The notes under the pieces: generated by a model
The model's input: only the letters and a program-made list of their open reading frames with translations
Database searches by the model: none
Told to the model about the DNA's origin: nothing
Assembly: GCA_944383965.1 (NCBI GenBank)
Contig: CALWRQ010000001.1
Location: 2,364-66,363 of the forward strand
Length of the DNA: 64,000 bases
Source of the DNA: an uncultured Lachnospiraceae bacterium
GTDB lineage: Bacteria > Bacillota > Clostridia > Lachnospirales > Lachnospiraceae
Direction: 5' to 3'
Made by a program: the position numbers and the translations under genes
In this document: positions 1 to 10,406 of the stretch, in pieces
Layout: each line of letters starts with the position of its first letter
Position numbering within the stretch: the stretch's first letter is position 1

Positions 1-352
1 CCCCTTCCACTCCCTGATAGACTACGCGCACATCCTTTGCAGGGATCTCATCCACCTGGCAGAATCCGGTCTCCACTCCTTTTCCGTTTTCCGCCAGCAG
101 ACGGTACTGCAGTCTTCTGCTGATAGTCATAATCTGGGAAAACAGTTCCACCGCTCCCTGACGGTAGTCTTCCCCGGCCATCTCCTTCACTGCTTCCAGC
201 TTCTGACGCTCCCGTTCTCCGTCATATACCGGCTTTCCCACAGCGATTTTATATTCTGCCACATTTCTGCACAGATCCATCCGCTTTTCATAGAGAGCCA
301 GAAGCTCTCTGTCTATCACGTCCAGCTGATTCCTGATTTCCTGCAGATCCAA
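1..352 (-). CDS. pheA: Chorismate mutase/prephenate dehydratase, N-terminal part (runs off the window start)
   Basis: Manual translation LDLQEIRNQLDVIDRELLALYEKRMDL...VRVVYQGVEG is an AroQ chorismate mutase domain followed by the PDT start. GGAGG precedes the TTG at 352. Confidence 0.9.
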   Translation of the reverse strand, partial: MDLQEIRNQLDVIDRELLALYEKRMDLCRNVAEYKIAVGKPVYDGERERQKLEAVKEMAGEDYRQGAVELFSQIMTISRRLQYRLLAENGKGVETGFCQVDEIPAKDVRVVYQGVEG

Positions 353-357
353 TGTTT

Positions 358-1110
358 TTACCTCCACGTCTTCCTCTCCTCCAGCTGCTTTTCAATCATC
401 TGCCGGATCACCTCTCTGGTATAAACGCCCGCATGTTTTCTCTCAGACGGTTCCAGCTCCTTTAAATAAATAGGCTCCCCGTACTCAATGATCACCCGGG
501 ACGGGCGGATAAAGGGGATATGTTTCTCAAATACGTCCGCTGTGCCTGTGATCGCCACCGGAATAACCGGATGTCCGGATTTTTCCGCAATCTTCAGGCT
601 TCCCTCCTTAAACTCCAGCATATCCAGCTCTGTTTCTCCTCTGCCCCTGGTTCCTTCCGGAAAGATCCAGATGGAAATGCCGGATTTCACCTTCTCGATT
701 CCCTCCAGAATGGTTTTCAGTCCTTCTTTCATATCCCTGCGATCCAGAAACAGGCAGTTCACATTTTTCATCCAGTCTCTGAGCAGCGGATATCTGGTCA
801 TTTCCTTTTTCGCAACAAAACCCGTCAGACCAGGTACTGTGGAATAGCCTACCAGAATATCAAAATAGCTTCTGTGGTTTCCCACATAAAGCACGGAAGT
901 ATCCTCAGGAATCCGCTCCTTTCCCCGGACCGTCACCTTCACTCCTGCCAGGACCAGCAGATACCGGAACATAAACCGTATAACGGCCAGACTCTGCCGT
1001 CTCATCCTGTCCGGATCCTTTTTCCCCAGCAAATACTCTGCTGCCAGAACAGGGGTACTGACAATCAGAAACAGAATGACGCTGAACGCCACCAGAATAA
1101 ATCGAATCAT
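358..1110 (-). CDS. plsC: 1-acyl-sn-glycerol-3-phosphate acyltransferase
   Basis: NHRSYFD and FPEGTR acyltransferase motifs; start taken at MIRFIL after AGGAG. Confidence 0.9.
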   Translation of the reverse strand: MIRFILVAFSVILFLIVSTPVLAAEYLLGKKDPDRMRRQSLAVIRFMFRYLLVLAGVKVTVRGKERIPEDTSVLYVGNHRSYFDILVGYSTVPGLTGFVAKKEMTRYPLLRDWMKNVNCLFLDRRDMKEGLKTILEGIEKVKSGISIWIFPEGTRGRGETELDMLEFKEGSLKIAEKSGHPVIPVAITGTADVFEKHIPFIRPSRVIIEYGEPIYLKELEPSERKHAGVYTREVIRQMIEKQLEERKTWR

Positions 1111-1174
1111 TTTCTTTTGTCCTCTCCTACGCATTATTATACAATTATATAAAAATGACCCCAGGAACACAAGC

Positions 1175-1642
1175 CTAAGTCCTGGGGTTTTTTGTGAAAT
1201 CTGCCGCATTTTTTGTTAAATTTTCGAAAAGAAGTCCGGCTCCGAACCACAGCGGAGCGAAATCCAGACGGATCAATCCGTTGATATTGGAATGACGTCC
1301 GGAATAGTCCCATGGGCAGATTCCTCTGGCTGTCAGCCAGGCTCCCGTAGAATATTCCACCGCAAAAATAAGTACCATGTACAGCACTCCATGGCGCACC
1401 GCCCGGTCCACCGGACGTATTTTCCCATCTCCGATCCACCAGTCCGTCAGTCTTCCGATCGGCCCCAGAAGCGCTCCCAGACCGTAGATGGGAAACATGA
1501 GAAGGGACGTCCTGCCCATCAGTCTCCAGTCCCCGCTGATCACCGACTCCGCCGATGTGAAAATCACTTCCATGCACCAGCCGGCAATGCCGCATTTCAA
1601 AAAGTTTTCCGTCAGCTGTTTGATCTCTTTCCATATCTTCAT
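1175..1642 (-). CDS. Small integral membrane protein (putative ABC-permease-like, DUF1113-like family)
   Basis: Hydrophobic segments with GWxxE, PIYG and CPWDYS...NINGLIRL motifs. Confidence 0.65.
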   Translation of the reverse strand: MKIWKEIKQLTENFLKCGIAGWCMEVIFTSAESVISGDWRLMGRTSLLMFPIYGLGALLGPIGRLTDWWIGDGKIRPVDRAVRHGVLYMVLIFAVEYSTGAWLTARGICPWDYSGRHSNINGLIRLDFAPLWFGAGLLFENLTKNAADFTKNPRT

Positions 1643-1680
1643 GCTTCCAGTATGTCCCATACGGAACATTTCATACACAG

Positions 1681-3012
1681 TCAGCGGGAGTGATCTCTCT
1701 TCCACTCCCTGATCTCCTCCAGCCGTTTCTTCCACTGTTCTTCCTTTCCCTCTCCCCAGGGCCGGTAATATCGTTTTTCTGCCAGGGAATCCGGAAGACA
1801 CTGCATATCCGTCAGCTTGTCATCCGTGTCATGAGCATACTGATACCCTTTTCCGTATTCCAGTTCCTTCATCAGCCTGGTCGGTGCATTTCTCAGCGCC
1901 AGGGGAACCGGCTCTGCCAGCTGCTTTTCCGCATCCTCTTTCGCCTCCTCATAAGCTATGTAGAGAGCATTGGATTTCGGCGCAAGAGCCATATGCACCA
2001 CAGCCTGTGTCAGATGCACGGTGCACTCAGGCATTCCCAGGAAATGACAGGCCTGATAGGCATCCACCGCCGTATGAAGCGCCTGCGGGTCTGCCAGTCC
2101 CACATCCTCACTGGCAAACCGGATCACCCTTCTGGCCACGTAAAGGGGATCCTCTCCCGCTTCCAGCATGCGGGCCAGCCAGTAGACTGCCGCATCCGGA
2201 TCAGAATTGCGCATGGATTTGTGAAGGGCGGAGATCAGGTTATAGTGCTCTTCCCCCTTCTTATCATACAGAAGAGATTTTTTGGAAATACACTGCTCCA
2301 GTGTTTCCGGACGTACCGTCAGCACCCCTTCCCGGTCCAGGTCCCCGTTTAACACTGCCATCTCCAGAGTGGACAGAGCCGTTCTGGCATCCCCTCCCGC
2401 AAACCGGGCAATGGATTCCAGCATATCATGGGAAATCCGTATCTGCTGGCTGCCAAAGCCTCTCCGGTCTCTGAGAGCTCTTGCAAGCAGGCCGGTCAGC
2501 TCCTCTGTGCTCAGCGGCCGAAGAACAAACACCCGGCACCGGGACAGCAGAGCCCCGTTGATCTCAAAAGAAGGATTTTCCGTGGTCGCTCCGATCAGAA
2601 TAATGCTTCCTTTTTCCACAAACGGGAGAAAAGCATCCTGCTGAGCTTTATTGAAGCGGTGGATCTCGTCCACAAACAGAATGGTTTTCTCTCCGCACCT
2701 GCGGTTGGCTTCCGCTCTTTCCATCACGGTTCTGATCTCCCTGATCCCGCTGGTCACCGCTGAAAAATCAATGAATGATGCACGGGTCCTGTTGGCAATG
2801 ATCCTGGCAAGGGTGGTCTTTCCCACGCCGGGCGGTCCCCAGAAAATCATTGAAGAGATCCGGTCACTCTCGATCAGTCTTCTGAGCACTTTTCCCGGTC
2901 CCAGAAGATGGGTCTGACCGGCAAACTCCTCCAGCGTATCCGGCCTGAGCCTGGCCGCCAGCGGCTGGTTTTCTTCCCCTCCGAACAGGGACAGCTGTTC
3001 CATTTCTTTCAT
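1681..3012 (-). CDS. rarA: Replication-associated recombination protein A (AAA+ ATPase)
   Basis: PLAARLRP, WGPPGVGKTT, DEIHRFNKAQQD and SALHKSMR motifs. Confidence 0.95.
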   Translation of the reverse strand: MKEMEQLSLFGGEENQPLAARLRPDTLEEFAGQTHLLGPGKVLRRLIESDRISSMIFWGPPGVGKTTLARIIANRTRASFIDFSAVTSGIREIRTVMERAEANRRCGEKTILFVDEIHRFNKAQQDAFLPFVEKGSIILIGATTENPSFEINGALLSRCRVFVLRPLSTEELTGLLARALRDRRGFGSQQIRISHDMLESIARFAGGDARTALSTLEMAVLNGDLDREGVLTVRPETLEQCISKKSLLYDKKGEEHYNLISALHKSMRNSDPDAAVYWLARMLEAGEDPLYVARRVIRFASEDVGLADPQALHTAVDAYQACHFLGMPECTVHLTQAVVHMALAPKSNALYIAYEEAKEDAEKQLAEPVPLALRNAPTRLMKELEYGKGYQYAHDTDDKLTDMQCLPDSLAEKRYYRPWGEGKEEQWKKRLEEIREWKRDHSR

Positions 3013-3081
3013 AATTAATCCTTTCTTCCGGCATTCTGTTTTCATTCCTGAAAAACTGCAGGTTTTTTTATAAAAAAACTG

Positions 3082-3111
3082 TTGACAAACCCATTATGCC
3101 TATAGTATACT
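3082..3111 (+). promoter_or_regulatory. Sigma-A promoter of tRNA-Gly(GCC)
   Basis: TTGACA-N18-TATACT about 30 nt upstream of the tRNA. Confidence 0.6.
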
Positions 3112-3142
3112 ACGTTTGTTGCTGAATGAAAATACAGCTTAT

Positions 3143-3214
3143 GCGCGAGTGGCTCAGTGGTGGAGTATCGCCTTGCCAAGGCGAGGGTCGCGGGTTCGAA
3201 TCCCGTCTCGCGCT
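3143..3214 (+). tRNA. tRNA-Gly(GCC)
   Basis: Cloverleaf GCGCGAG...CTCGCGC, anticodon loop TTGCCAA, GTTCGAATC T-loop; CCA not encoded. Confidence 0.95.
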
Positions 3215-3280
3215 TTTTTTATTTCCGGAAGTCCTGACTGTGCAGGGCTTCTTTTTTTCTCCCAAAAGAAAGATCCGGCT

Positions 3281-4282
3281 TCAAAGAAGCCGGATGATTT
3301 CATTCACATATTCTTCCGTTGTGGCGGTTCCTCCGATATCAGGCGTATTGAATGCCCCCTCTTCCAGTACCCGGTCCACACTCCGGCGGATCCTGGCCGC
3401 ACATTCCATCTGTCCCAGATACTCCAGCATCATGCAGGCCGACCAGAGGAACGCCGTGGGATTGGCGATCCCTTTTCCCGCAATATCAGGCGCGCTGCCG
3501 TGAACTGCCTCAAACATGGCGTAATTCTCACCAAGATTGCTGGAAGGCAGAAGGCCCAGACCTCCGATCAGTCCGCTGGCCAGATCCGAAAGCATATCTC
3601 CGTACAGGTTGGGCATTACCATCACGTCAAACTGCCAGGGATTCATTACCATCTGCATGGACACATTGTCCACGATCTTGTCATCCGCTTCAATATCCGG
3701 GTAACCGGCGCTGATCTCATAAAAAACATCCCGGAACAGCCCGTCGGACATTTTCAGAATATTCGCCTTATGGACGCAGGTCACTTTTTTCCTTCCATGC
3801 GCTCTGGCATACTCAAACGCATCCCGGCAGATCCGCCTGCTGGCCCCTCTGGTAATGATCTTGGTAGCATGAATCGTATCCTGATCGATCTGCTCTTCCA
3901 CTCCTACATACAGGTCCTCCGTATTTTCGCGGAAAATTACGATATCTACTCCCTGGAACGGCGTTTTTACCGCATGATTGCTTTTCGCAGGGCGGATATT
4001 GGCGTAAAGATCGTATTTCTTCCGCAAAAACACGTTCAGGGAACGGAAGCCTCTTCCCACAGGTGTGGTAATGGGAGATTTGAGCAGCACATGGTTTCTC
4101 TCCATGGATGCAAATGCTTCTTCCGGAATCAGCGCTCCGTGAGCCTCATACTCTGCTTCTCCCACATTATAGATTTCATAATCCAGGTCCGCTCCTGCCG
4201 CATTCAGGATCCTGATCACCGCATCCGTGATCTCCGGCCCGATTCCGTCTCCCCGAAATACTGTCACTGTCTTTTTTGCCAT
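3281..4282 (-). CDS. Isocitrate/isopropylmalate dehydrogenase family protein (probably NAD-dependent isocitrate dehydrogenase)
   Basis: GDGIGPE, RENTEDLY, NLYGD and EAVHGSAPDIAGK motifs. Confidence 0.85.
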   Translation of the reverse strand: MAKKTVTVFRGDGIGPEITDAVIRILNAAGADLDYEIYNVGEAEYEAHGALIPEEAFASMERNHVLLKSPITTPVGRGFRSLNVFLRKKYDLYANIRPAKSNHAVKTPFQGVDIVIFRENTEDLYVGVEEQIDQDTIHATKIITRGASRRICRDAFEYARAHGRKKVTCVHKANILKMSDGLFRDVFYEISAGYPDIEADDKIVDNVSMQMVMNPWQFDVMVMPNLYGDMLSDLASGLIGGLGLLPSSNLGENYAMFEAVHGSAPDIAGKGIANPTAFLWSACMMLEYLGQMECAARIRRSVDRVLEEGAFNTPDIGGTATTEEYVNEIIRLL

Positions 4283-4435
4283 TTTATACCTCCTGTCCGC
4301 CTTACAGCTGTCTTTTCCATCTACTATAGACGAAAATCCGGCAGATGTCCAGCCTTTCCCCTGTCATTATCACAATATTTTCATTGTGATAATCCGTGAT
4401 TCTGAAAGAAAACGGTAAGCAGGTATCTTTGCAGT

Positions 4436-4473
4436 GCAAAAAAGCCGAAACCTTTTCAGGTCTCGGCTTTTTG
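4436..4473. terminator. Intrinsic terminator after the tRNA-Phe/tRNA-Gly pair
   Basis: Inverted repeat AAAAAGCCGA...TCGGCTTTTT. Confidence 0.7.
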
Positions 4474-4476
4474 CAG

Positions 4477-4547
4477 AGCGGGTGATGGGAATCGAACCCA
4501 CGTATCCAGCTTGGAAGGCTGGTGTTCTACCATTGAACTACACCCGC
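4477..4547 (-). tRNA. tRNA-Gly(TCC)
   Basis: Reverse complement GCGGGTGTAGTTCAATGGTAGAAC...CTTCCAAG...GTTCGATTCCCATCACCCGCT. Confidence 0.95.
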
Positions 4548-4576
4548 ACCAACTTCGAACAAATTAGGAAAATTCA

Positions 4577-4649
<73 letters not shown>

Positions 4650-4686
4650 ATATAGGGTTGGGCTGATTATTTTCACAGCGATTGTT

Positions 4687-4715
4687 ATTTTACAGGAAAA
4701 TGATCCGTATGTCAA
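4687..4715 (-). promoter_or_regulatory. Sigma-A promoter of the tRNA-Phe/tRNA-Gly pair
   Basis: TTGACA-N17-TAAAAT on the minus strand. Confidence 0.75.
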
Positions 4716-4723
4716 TAACTTTT

Positions 4724-5251
4724 TCAAAAAATTCCTTCATTAATAATTTTTTCCATAATATCCCGGGAAAGACCACCATATTTTTCCCTTCTGGCCGCTG
4801 CATGGTAACCCAGTCTGAGAAAATGGTTCCTGCTGTAGCAGTTATCGGGATGGACCGTCCCCAGCAGCCGGCAGAACCCCTTCTCTGCCAGAATTGTCTC
4901 CGCCTCTGCCATCAGCCTCCCCTGAAGACCGTATCCACGGAACCCGGAAGCAACCGCCGCCGACTCCATATGAGCTGTCCAAAGCAGCTGATCCGGACTG
5001 TACCCCAGACACCGTCCCAGGTTATCTTCTGCCAGCCGGGGAATCCGTACCGCCAGAAAGCCCGCCAGCACACCCCCGCTCTTTTCTTCGGCCTTCAGCA
5101 GAAAGCCTTCCCGCTCCAGATGAGCCAGAAGAAATTCCCTGTCATCCGTCACATACCATTCCTTATGTTCCATTTCCTCATACACCCTGTTCATCAAAGC
5201 CAGCAGACCGGGGATATCCTTTTCGCTGCACCTTTTTATCACAAACTCCAT
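4724..5251 (-). CDS. GNAT family N-acetyltransferase
   Basis: VASGFRGYGLQ acetyl-CoA motif A; TVHPDN. Confidence 0.8.
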   Translation of the reverse strand: MEFVIKRCSEKDIPGLLALMNRVYEEMEHKEWYVTDDREFLLAHLEREGFLLKAEEKSGGVLAGFLAVRIPRLAEDNLGRCLGYSPDQLLWTAHMESAAVASGFRGYGLQGRLMAEAETILAEKGFCRLLGTVHPDNCYSRNHFLRLGYHAAARREKYGGLSRDIMEKIINEGIF

Positions 5252-5323
5252 TTCCGTCCCTTTCCCTTCCCGCACAAATACATAAAAAAAGAATCTCCCT
5301 TTTTCAGGAGATTCCCTTTTTCA

Positions 5324-5409
5324 TGCCGGCGACCGGAATCGAACCGGTACGGGAGGTAAGTCCCGCAGGATTTTAAGTCCTGTGCGTCTGCCAGTTCCGC
5401 CACGCCGGC
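5324..5409 (-). tRNA. tRNA-Leu(TAA)
   Basis: Reverse complement GCCGGCGTGGCGGAACTGGCAGACGC...CTTAAAA with a long variable arm. Confidence 0.95.
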
Positions 5410-5449
5410 ATTCCCAGATGTAATAGGAAAGGCGGGTCATACCCGCCAA

Positions 5450-5531
5450 TGGATGGAGGTGGATTCGAACCACCGAAAGCATCGCTAACAGATTTACAGT
5501 CTGCCCCCTTTGGCCCCTCGGGAACCCATCC
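5450..5531 (-). tRNA. tRNA-Tyr(GTA)
   Basis: Reverse complement GGATGGGTTCCCGAG...CTGTAAA, long variable arm, GTTCGAATCC; promoter TTGATT-N17-TACACT at 5557-5585. Confidence 0.95.
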
Positions 5532-5607
5532 ACATTCGCTTTCTCAAGCGAGAACTAGTGTATCACAGCGCAGAGAAAAAATCAAGCATTTTTTCTCCTT
5601 TCCAGAT

Positions 5608-7662
5608 TTAAACAGCCATATAGCCTTTCACCCGGCAGGCCAGCAGAATGGCGCTGGTTCCTTCCATATCCAGCATCACGTAACCGCCGCTTACCGGATA
5701 GTCCACACGTCCTACGTTGTGTCCGTAGCGGTTGGCATACATCAGCCGTGTCAGGCAGACACCGTCAGGAATGCCCAGCTGCCAGACCGGAATCTTCATA
5801 TCTCTGTCCTCCTGGCTGTTGTTCACCGCGATCACACACTTTTCGTCTCCCTTCATCCGTCCGTATGCAATATGCTGATCTCCCCAGAGCAGCGCTTTTA
5901 CCGATCCTTTTCTCAGGGAAGGCAGCTTCTTATGGTATTTGACCAGATAGCTGTGATAATCCATCAGTTCAATATCCTCTCTGCCCCAGGGATAGGTCCT
6001 GCGGTTATCCGGATCTGTCCATCCGCACACTCCGGCCTCATCTCCGTAATAGATCGTGGGCGCTCCCGGCCAGGTCATCTGAACCATCACTGCCTCCCGG
6101 AACACTCCTTTATCCACGCCTTCCTCTGCCGCCTGAGAGCCCATGGTAGCAAGGCGTCCCACCACCCGGTTCGTTCTCGTAAGAAACCGGGAGTGATCAT
6201 GGTTGGAAAGCTCATTCATAGCTGTATAAAGAGACGGCGTCTGCATCCTGGCCATATTGTAGGCCATGGCCTCAAAAAATTTTCTCCCGTCCCCGTAAAG
6301 CTCGTCGCTGCGCCAGTCGCTGTGTTTCTCCATTCCTGTGAAGAACCAGGACACCGGTTCCATAAACGCATCATAATTCATCACCGAATCCCACTGGTCT
6401 CCTTCCAGCCAGCTCGTAGGGTCTCCGTAATGCTCTGCCAGCAGCAGCGCATCGGGATTGGCCTCCTTTACTACTTTCCGGAAATCTCTCCAGAACTGGT
6501 GGTTGAATTCGCTGCTCCGCCCCAGATCCGCCGCCACATCCAGGCGCCAGCCATCCACATTGTAAGGCGGGGAAATCCATTTTTTCGCAATATCCAGAAT
6601 ATACTGATAAAGCTTGGGAGATTCCTCATAATTCAGTTTGGGAAGGGTATCATGCCCCCACCAGCCGTCATAGCTTCCGTTGTACGGCCATTCCTCATTG
6701 TTGAACTTGAAAAAGCTTCTGTACGGACTGTCAGCAGACACATATGCCCCCGGTTCATACTTCCCGGATCTTTCATAGATCCGTTCCCGGTCCAGCCATT
6801 TATTGAAAGAACCGCAGTGGTTGAACACGCCGTCTATGATCACTCTCATGCCCCTTTTGTGGATTTCCTCCATCATTCTGGCAAAAAAAGCGTCGCTGGC
6901 ATCCAGATTCTCCTTATCCGTTGAACGGAGAATGTAACGGGTCGCCTGAGAATTGTCCATTCCGCTCTCAACCGCACGTTTTCCTCCGTCTTTCACAATC
7001 ACTCCGTAATGAGGATCAATATGGTCATAATCCTGACAGTCATATTTATGATTGGAAGGAGACACGAACAGGGGATTGAAGTAGATCACTTCCACTCCCA
7101 GGAACTGGAGATAATCCAGTTTGTCCCAGACTCCCTGGAGATCTCCGCCGTAAAAGCAGCCCACATCCATGGTCTCCGGATATTTATTCCAGTCCTGCAC
7201 GCGGGAAATGGGGCGTCCGATATAAATATACTCTCCGCTTTCCACATCATTGAAGGTCTCGCCCCGTCTGAAACGGTCCACAAAGATCTGGTACATCACC
7301 GCGCCTTTCGCCCATTCCGGCGTGTGGAACCCGGGAGTGATCCGGAATGCAAAATCCCGTCCGGCTTCCTTCACCGGCCCCAGCCGGTTGTAGCAGCAGG
7401 ATTCCTCCCCGCTCTCCACACGAAAATAAAAAAACTCCGGCTCCGGTCCAAGAGTCATTCTGTATTCATAATAATCGAACATATCGTCCGAGCTTCTGCG
7501 GTTCATGTGTACCTGAATCCCCCGATTCAGGCGTACAAAAAAAACGCGGTCTGCTCCGCCCTTTGCGGTGCGGAAGCGAAGACAGACCTCGTCTCCTTCC
7601 TCTGGTTCAGCCGGGATCCGATAGTCCTCCGTCTCATCTGTAAATAATGCTTCTCTATTCAT
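5608..7662 (-). CDS. Glycoside hydrolase family 13 (neopullulanase/maltodextrin glucosidase-like)
   Basis: YQIFVDRF, DGVFNH, DGWRLDVA and NHD conserved regions. Confidence 0.9.
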   Translation of the reverse strand: MNREALFTDETEDYRIPAEPEEGDEVCLRFRTAKGGADRVFFVRLNRGIQVHMNRRSSDDMFDYYEYRMTLGPEPEFFYFRVESGEESCCYNRLGPVKEAGRDFAFRITPGFHTPEWAKGAVMYQIFVDRFRRGETFNDVESGEYIYIGRPISRVQDWNKYPETMDVGCFYGGDLQGVWDKLDYLQFLGVEVIYFNPLFVSPSNHKYDCQDYDHIDPHYGVIVKDGGKRAVESGMDNSQATRYILRSTDKENLDASDAFFARMMEEIHKRGMRVIIDGVFNHCGSFNKWLDRERIYERSGKYEPGAYVSADSPYRSFFKFNNEEWPYNGSYDGWWGHDTLPKLNYEESPKLYQYILDIAKKWISPPYNVDGWRLDVAADLGRSSEFNHQFWRDFRKVVKEANPDALLLAEHYGDPTSWLEGDQWDSVMNYDAFMEPVSWFFTGMEKHSDWRSDELYGDGRKFFEAMAYNMARMQTPSLYTAMNELSNHDHSRFLTRTNRVVGRLATMGSQAAEEGVDKGVFREAVMVQMTWPGAPTIYYGDEAGVCGWTDPDNRRTYPWGREDIELMDYHSYLVKYHKKLPSLRKGSVKALLWGDQHIAYGRMKGDEKCVIAVNNSQEDRDMKIPVWQLGIPDGVCLTRLMYANRYGHNVGRVDYPVSGGYVMLDMEGTSAILLACRVKGYMAV

Positions 7663-7785
7663 GGGTCTACCCCTCTTATGATCCTTTGCTTCTTATTTAT
7701 TATTTTATCCTATCCCCGGAAATTATACAATAGAAAATTCTCTGACGCTTTTCAGACACCGGCTTCTCCGGCGTTCAGATCAGAA

Positions 7786-7883
7786 CAGAGAAAGAGCCGG
7801 CGGGGTAGCCGGCTCTTTCAGGAGAAGGTATTTCGTTTCTTATGGGGTGTAGCAAAAACTATATAATGTATTGGGGGGGTTTA
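7786..7883 (-). ncRNA. Candidate stand-alone small RNA of about 100 nt with C-rich tracts
   Basis: TATAAT at 7894-7889; body contains CCCCCCC, CACCCC and CCTTCTCCT; ends in a 12-bp terminator-like hairpin; no convincing ORF. Confidence 0.55.
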
Positions 7884-8028
7884 CGTTAATTATAGTATCA
7901 TAACCAAGAAAATAAGTGTGCACAAACATAAAAAAAATCCATTTCTTTTTTTATGCAAAATCACTTTCCTGTTTTCATTCCCCCGAAAGCATGGCAGAAA
8001 TTTTTCACAAAGATCCGCAGGGACCGCA

Positions 8029-9870
8029 TCATGCCAGCCCTTCAGCAGCTTCTGCAGCAGACGGGCTGGATGCAAACAGCGCCTCAAATTCCTCCTGTCC
8101 GATCTTTTCTTTCTCTACCAGGAGAGCGCTGCAGGAATGAAGTACGTCTTCATGCTTTATGATAATGGCCTTTGCCTTTTCATAGCACTCATCCACGATC
8201 CTCTTTACTTCCTCATCAATCTCTCCGGCCACACGCTCGCTGTAGGATCGGGTATGAGCCAGGTCACGGCCGATGAATACCTCATCATCATCGCTGCCGT
8301 AGCTGATCATTCCCAGACGCTCAGACATTCCGTACTGAGTCACCATCGCCCTGGCAATGGAAGTAGCCTGTTTGATATCCTGAGAGGCTCCCGTGGTCAC
8401 ATCCCCGAAGATCAGTTCCTCGGCGATTCTTCCTCCCATGGAAACCATAATGCTCTGAAGCATTTTTCCCTTACTGTTGAACATCTCATCTTTTTCGGGA
8501 AGAGGCATGGTATATCCTGCCGCTCCTATTCCCGTAGGGATGATGGAAATGGTATGCACCGGCCCCACATCAGGAAGCACATGGAACAGAATGGCGTGAC
8601 CGGTTTCATGATAAGCCGTGATCTTCTTCTCTTTGGGAGAAATCACCTTGCTCTTTTTCTCCGCACCGATTCCCACTTTGATAAATGCACGGTCAATATC
8701 CGCCTGCATAATAAAGCGGCGTCCTGATCTGGCCGCAGCGATAGCCGCCTCATTCATCAGGTTCTCCAGATCCGCTCCCGTGAAGCCCGCTGTAGTCTGA
8801 GCTACCCGGTCCAGATCCACATCTTCCGCCAGGGGTTTTTCACTGGAATGAACACCCAGAATCTCCCGGCGGCCCTTCACGTCCGGACGCCCTACTGCAA
8901 CCTTTCTGTCAAAACGTCCCGGTCTCAGAATGGCCGGATCCAGGATATCCACCCGGTTGGTCGCCGCCATCACAATAATTCCCTCGTTTACGCCGAACCC
9001 GTCCATCTCCACCAGAAGCTGGTTCAGGGTCTGCTCTCTCTCATCATGACCGCCGCCCATTCCTGTGCCTCTCCTGCGGGCTACGGCATCAATCTCATCG
9101 ATAAAAACAATACAGGGAGAATTCTTTTTCGCATCTTCAAACAGATCACGGACACGGGAAGCTCCCACGCCTACGAACATTTCCACAAAATCCGAACCGG
9201 AAATGGAAAAGAAGGGAACCCCCGCCTCTCCGGCCACCGCCTTGGCCAGAAGCGTTTTTCCTGTTCCGGGCGGTCCCACCAGAATCAGTCCTTTGGGAAT
9301 CCTGGCGCCCACACCGGTGTATTTCTGAGGACTTTTCAGGAAGTCAACCACTTCCTCAAGCTCCTCCTTCTCTTCTTCCAGCCCGGCCACCTTGCTGAAG
9401 TTTACCTTATTGTCCCGGCTCATTCTTGCACGGCTTTTTCCGAAGTTCATCATTTTCGCGTTGGTTCCGCCGTTCCCTGCTCTCATATTCATAAAAGCAA
9501 AAATAGCCACCACCACGACCCCTGTCAGGGCAATCGGAAGGATTACCGTCATGAGATAGCTCTCATGGGGAACATCCAGCACAAGGAAGTCCATGTCTTC
9601 GTCCCGAAGAAGCTCCTCTACCTCCTTCACATCAGAAACATAAACCACATACTGCTCTCCGTCTGCCATCAGGTAATTGACTTCTCCTGTGGGTGTCTCC
9701 GCGTTGGGCTGGATCTGAATCTCCACCATCCGTCCGCTTTCCAGATCACTTAGGAACTCCTGATTGGTGCGCCGGTTTACAAACATTTTGTTCGGCAGAA
9801 TCATGGCCATGTAGATGAGCACTATCATGAGCAGGATGAAGCCGAACCCTCTAAATGACTGCTGTTTCAC
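8029..9870 (-). CDS. ftsH: ATP-dependent zinc metalloprotease FtsH
   Basis: Two TM segments, GPPGTGKT, second region of homology, HETGH zinc motif. Confidence 0.97.
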   Translation of the reverse strand: MKQQSFRGFGFILLMIVLIYMAMILPNKMFVNRRTNQEFLSDLESGRMVEIQIQPNAETPTGEVNYLMADGEQYVVYVSDVKEVEELLRDEDMDFLVLDVPHESYLMTVILPIALTGVVVVAIFAFMNMRAGNGGTNAKMMNFGKSRARMSRDNKVNFSKVAGLEEEKEELEEVVDFLKSPQKYTGVGARIPKGLILVGPPGTGKTLLAKAVAGEAGVPFFSISGSDFVEMFVGVGASRVRDLFEDAKKNSPCIVFIDEIDAVARRRGTGMGGGHDEREQTLNQLLVEMDGFGVNEGIIVMAATNRVDILDPAILRPGRFDRKVAVGRPDVKGRREILGVHSSEKPLAEDVDLDRVAQTTAGFTGADLENLMNEAAIAAARSGRRFIMQADIDRAFIKVGIGAEKKSKVISPKEKKITAYHETGHAILFHVLPDVGPVHTISIIPTGIGAAGYTMPLPEKDEMFNSKGKMLQSIMVSMGGRIAEELIFGDVTTGASQDIKQATSIARAMVTQYGMSERLGMISYGSDDDEVFIGRDLAHTRSYSERVAGEIDEEVKRIVDECYEKAKAIIIKHEDVLHSCSALLVEKEKIGQEEFEALFASSPSAAEAAEGLA

Positions 9871-9881
9871 AAATGTCCTCC

Positions 9882-10406
9882 TTATTGTTCAATTACTCCG
9901 ATATAGGGAAGATTCCGGTACTTCTGGTCGTAGTCCAGGCCATATCCTACCACAAACTCATCGGGAATGCTGAAACAGGTATAATCCACTTTTACCTGCT
10001 TTTTCACTCGACGCTCCGGCTTATCCAGAAGTGTGCACAGGCGGATTCCTGCAGGATTCCTCTGCTTGAGCACTTCGATCAGATAGGCCAGAGTCCTTCC
10101 GGAATCGATGATGTCCTCCACAATAATAACCTCCCGGCCTTCCAGAGGCTCATCCAAGTCCTTAATGATTCTGACAATACCGCTGGAAACCGTTCCGCTG
10201 CCGTAGCTGGACACGGACATGAAATCCAGGGTCACCGGTATGGTCAGTCTCTTTGCCAGTTCACAGGTGAAAAATACTCCGCCCTTCAGGATACAGATCA
10301 GATGTACGTTTTTGCCGGCATAATCACGGCTGATCTGCGCTGCCACCTCGCTGATGCGGGCATTTACTTCTTCCTCATTCAATAACACACGAATTTTATC
10401 CGCCAT
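9882..10406 (-). CDS. hpt: Hypoxanthine phosphoribosyltransferase
   Basis: [15 protein letters not shown] motif; FVVGYGLDY. Confidence 0.95.
   Translation of the reverse strand: MADKIRVLLNEEEVNARISEVAAQISRDYAGKNVHLICILKGGVFFTCELAKRLTIPVTLDFMSVSSYGSGTVSSGIVRIIKDLDEPLEGREVIIVEDIIDSGRTLAYLIEVLKQRNPAGIRLCTLLDKPERRVKKQVKVDYTCFSIPDEFVVGYGLDYDQKYRNLPYIGVIEQ

Noticed and set aside
3116-4399. 427-aa plus-strand ORF
   Set aside because: Overlaps a tRNA and is antisense to the dehydrogenase; shadow ORF
4724-5323. GNAT gene as an island integrated in the tRNA cluster
   Set aside because: No att-like duplication of a tRNA end and no integrase; both tRNA pairs have their own promoter and terminator
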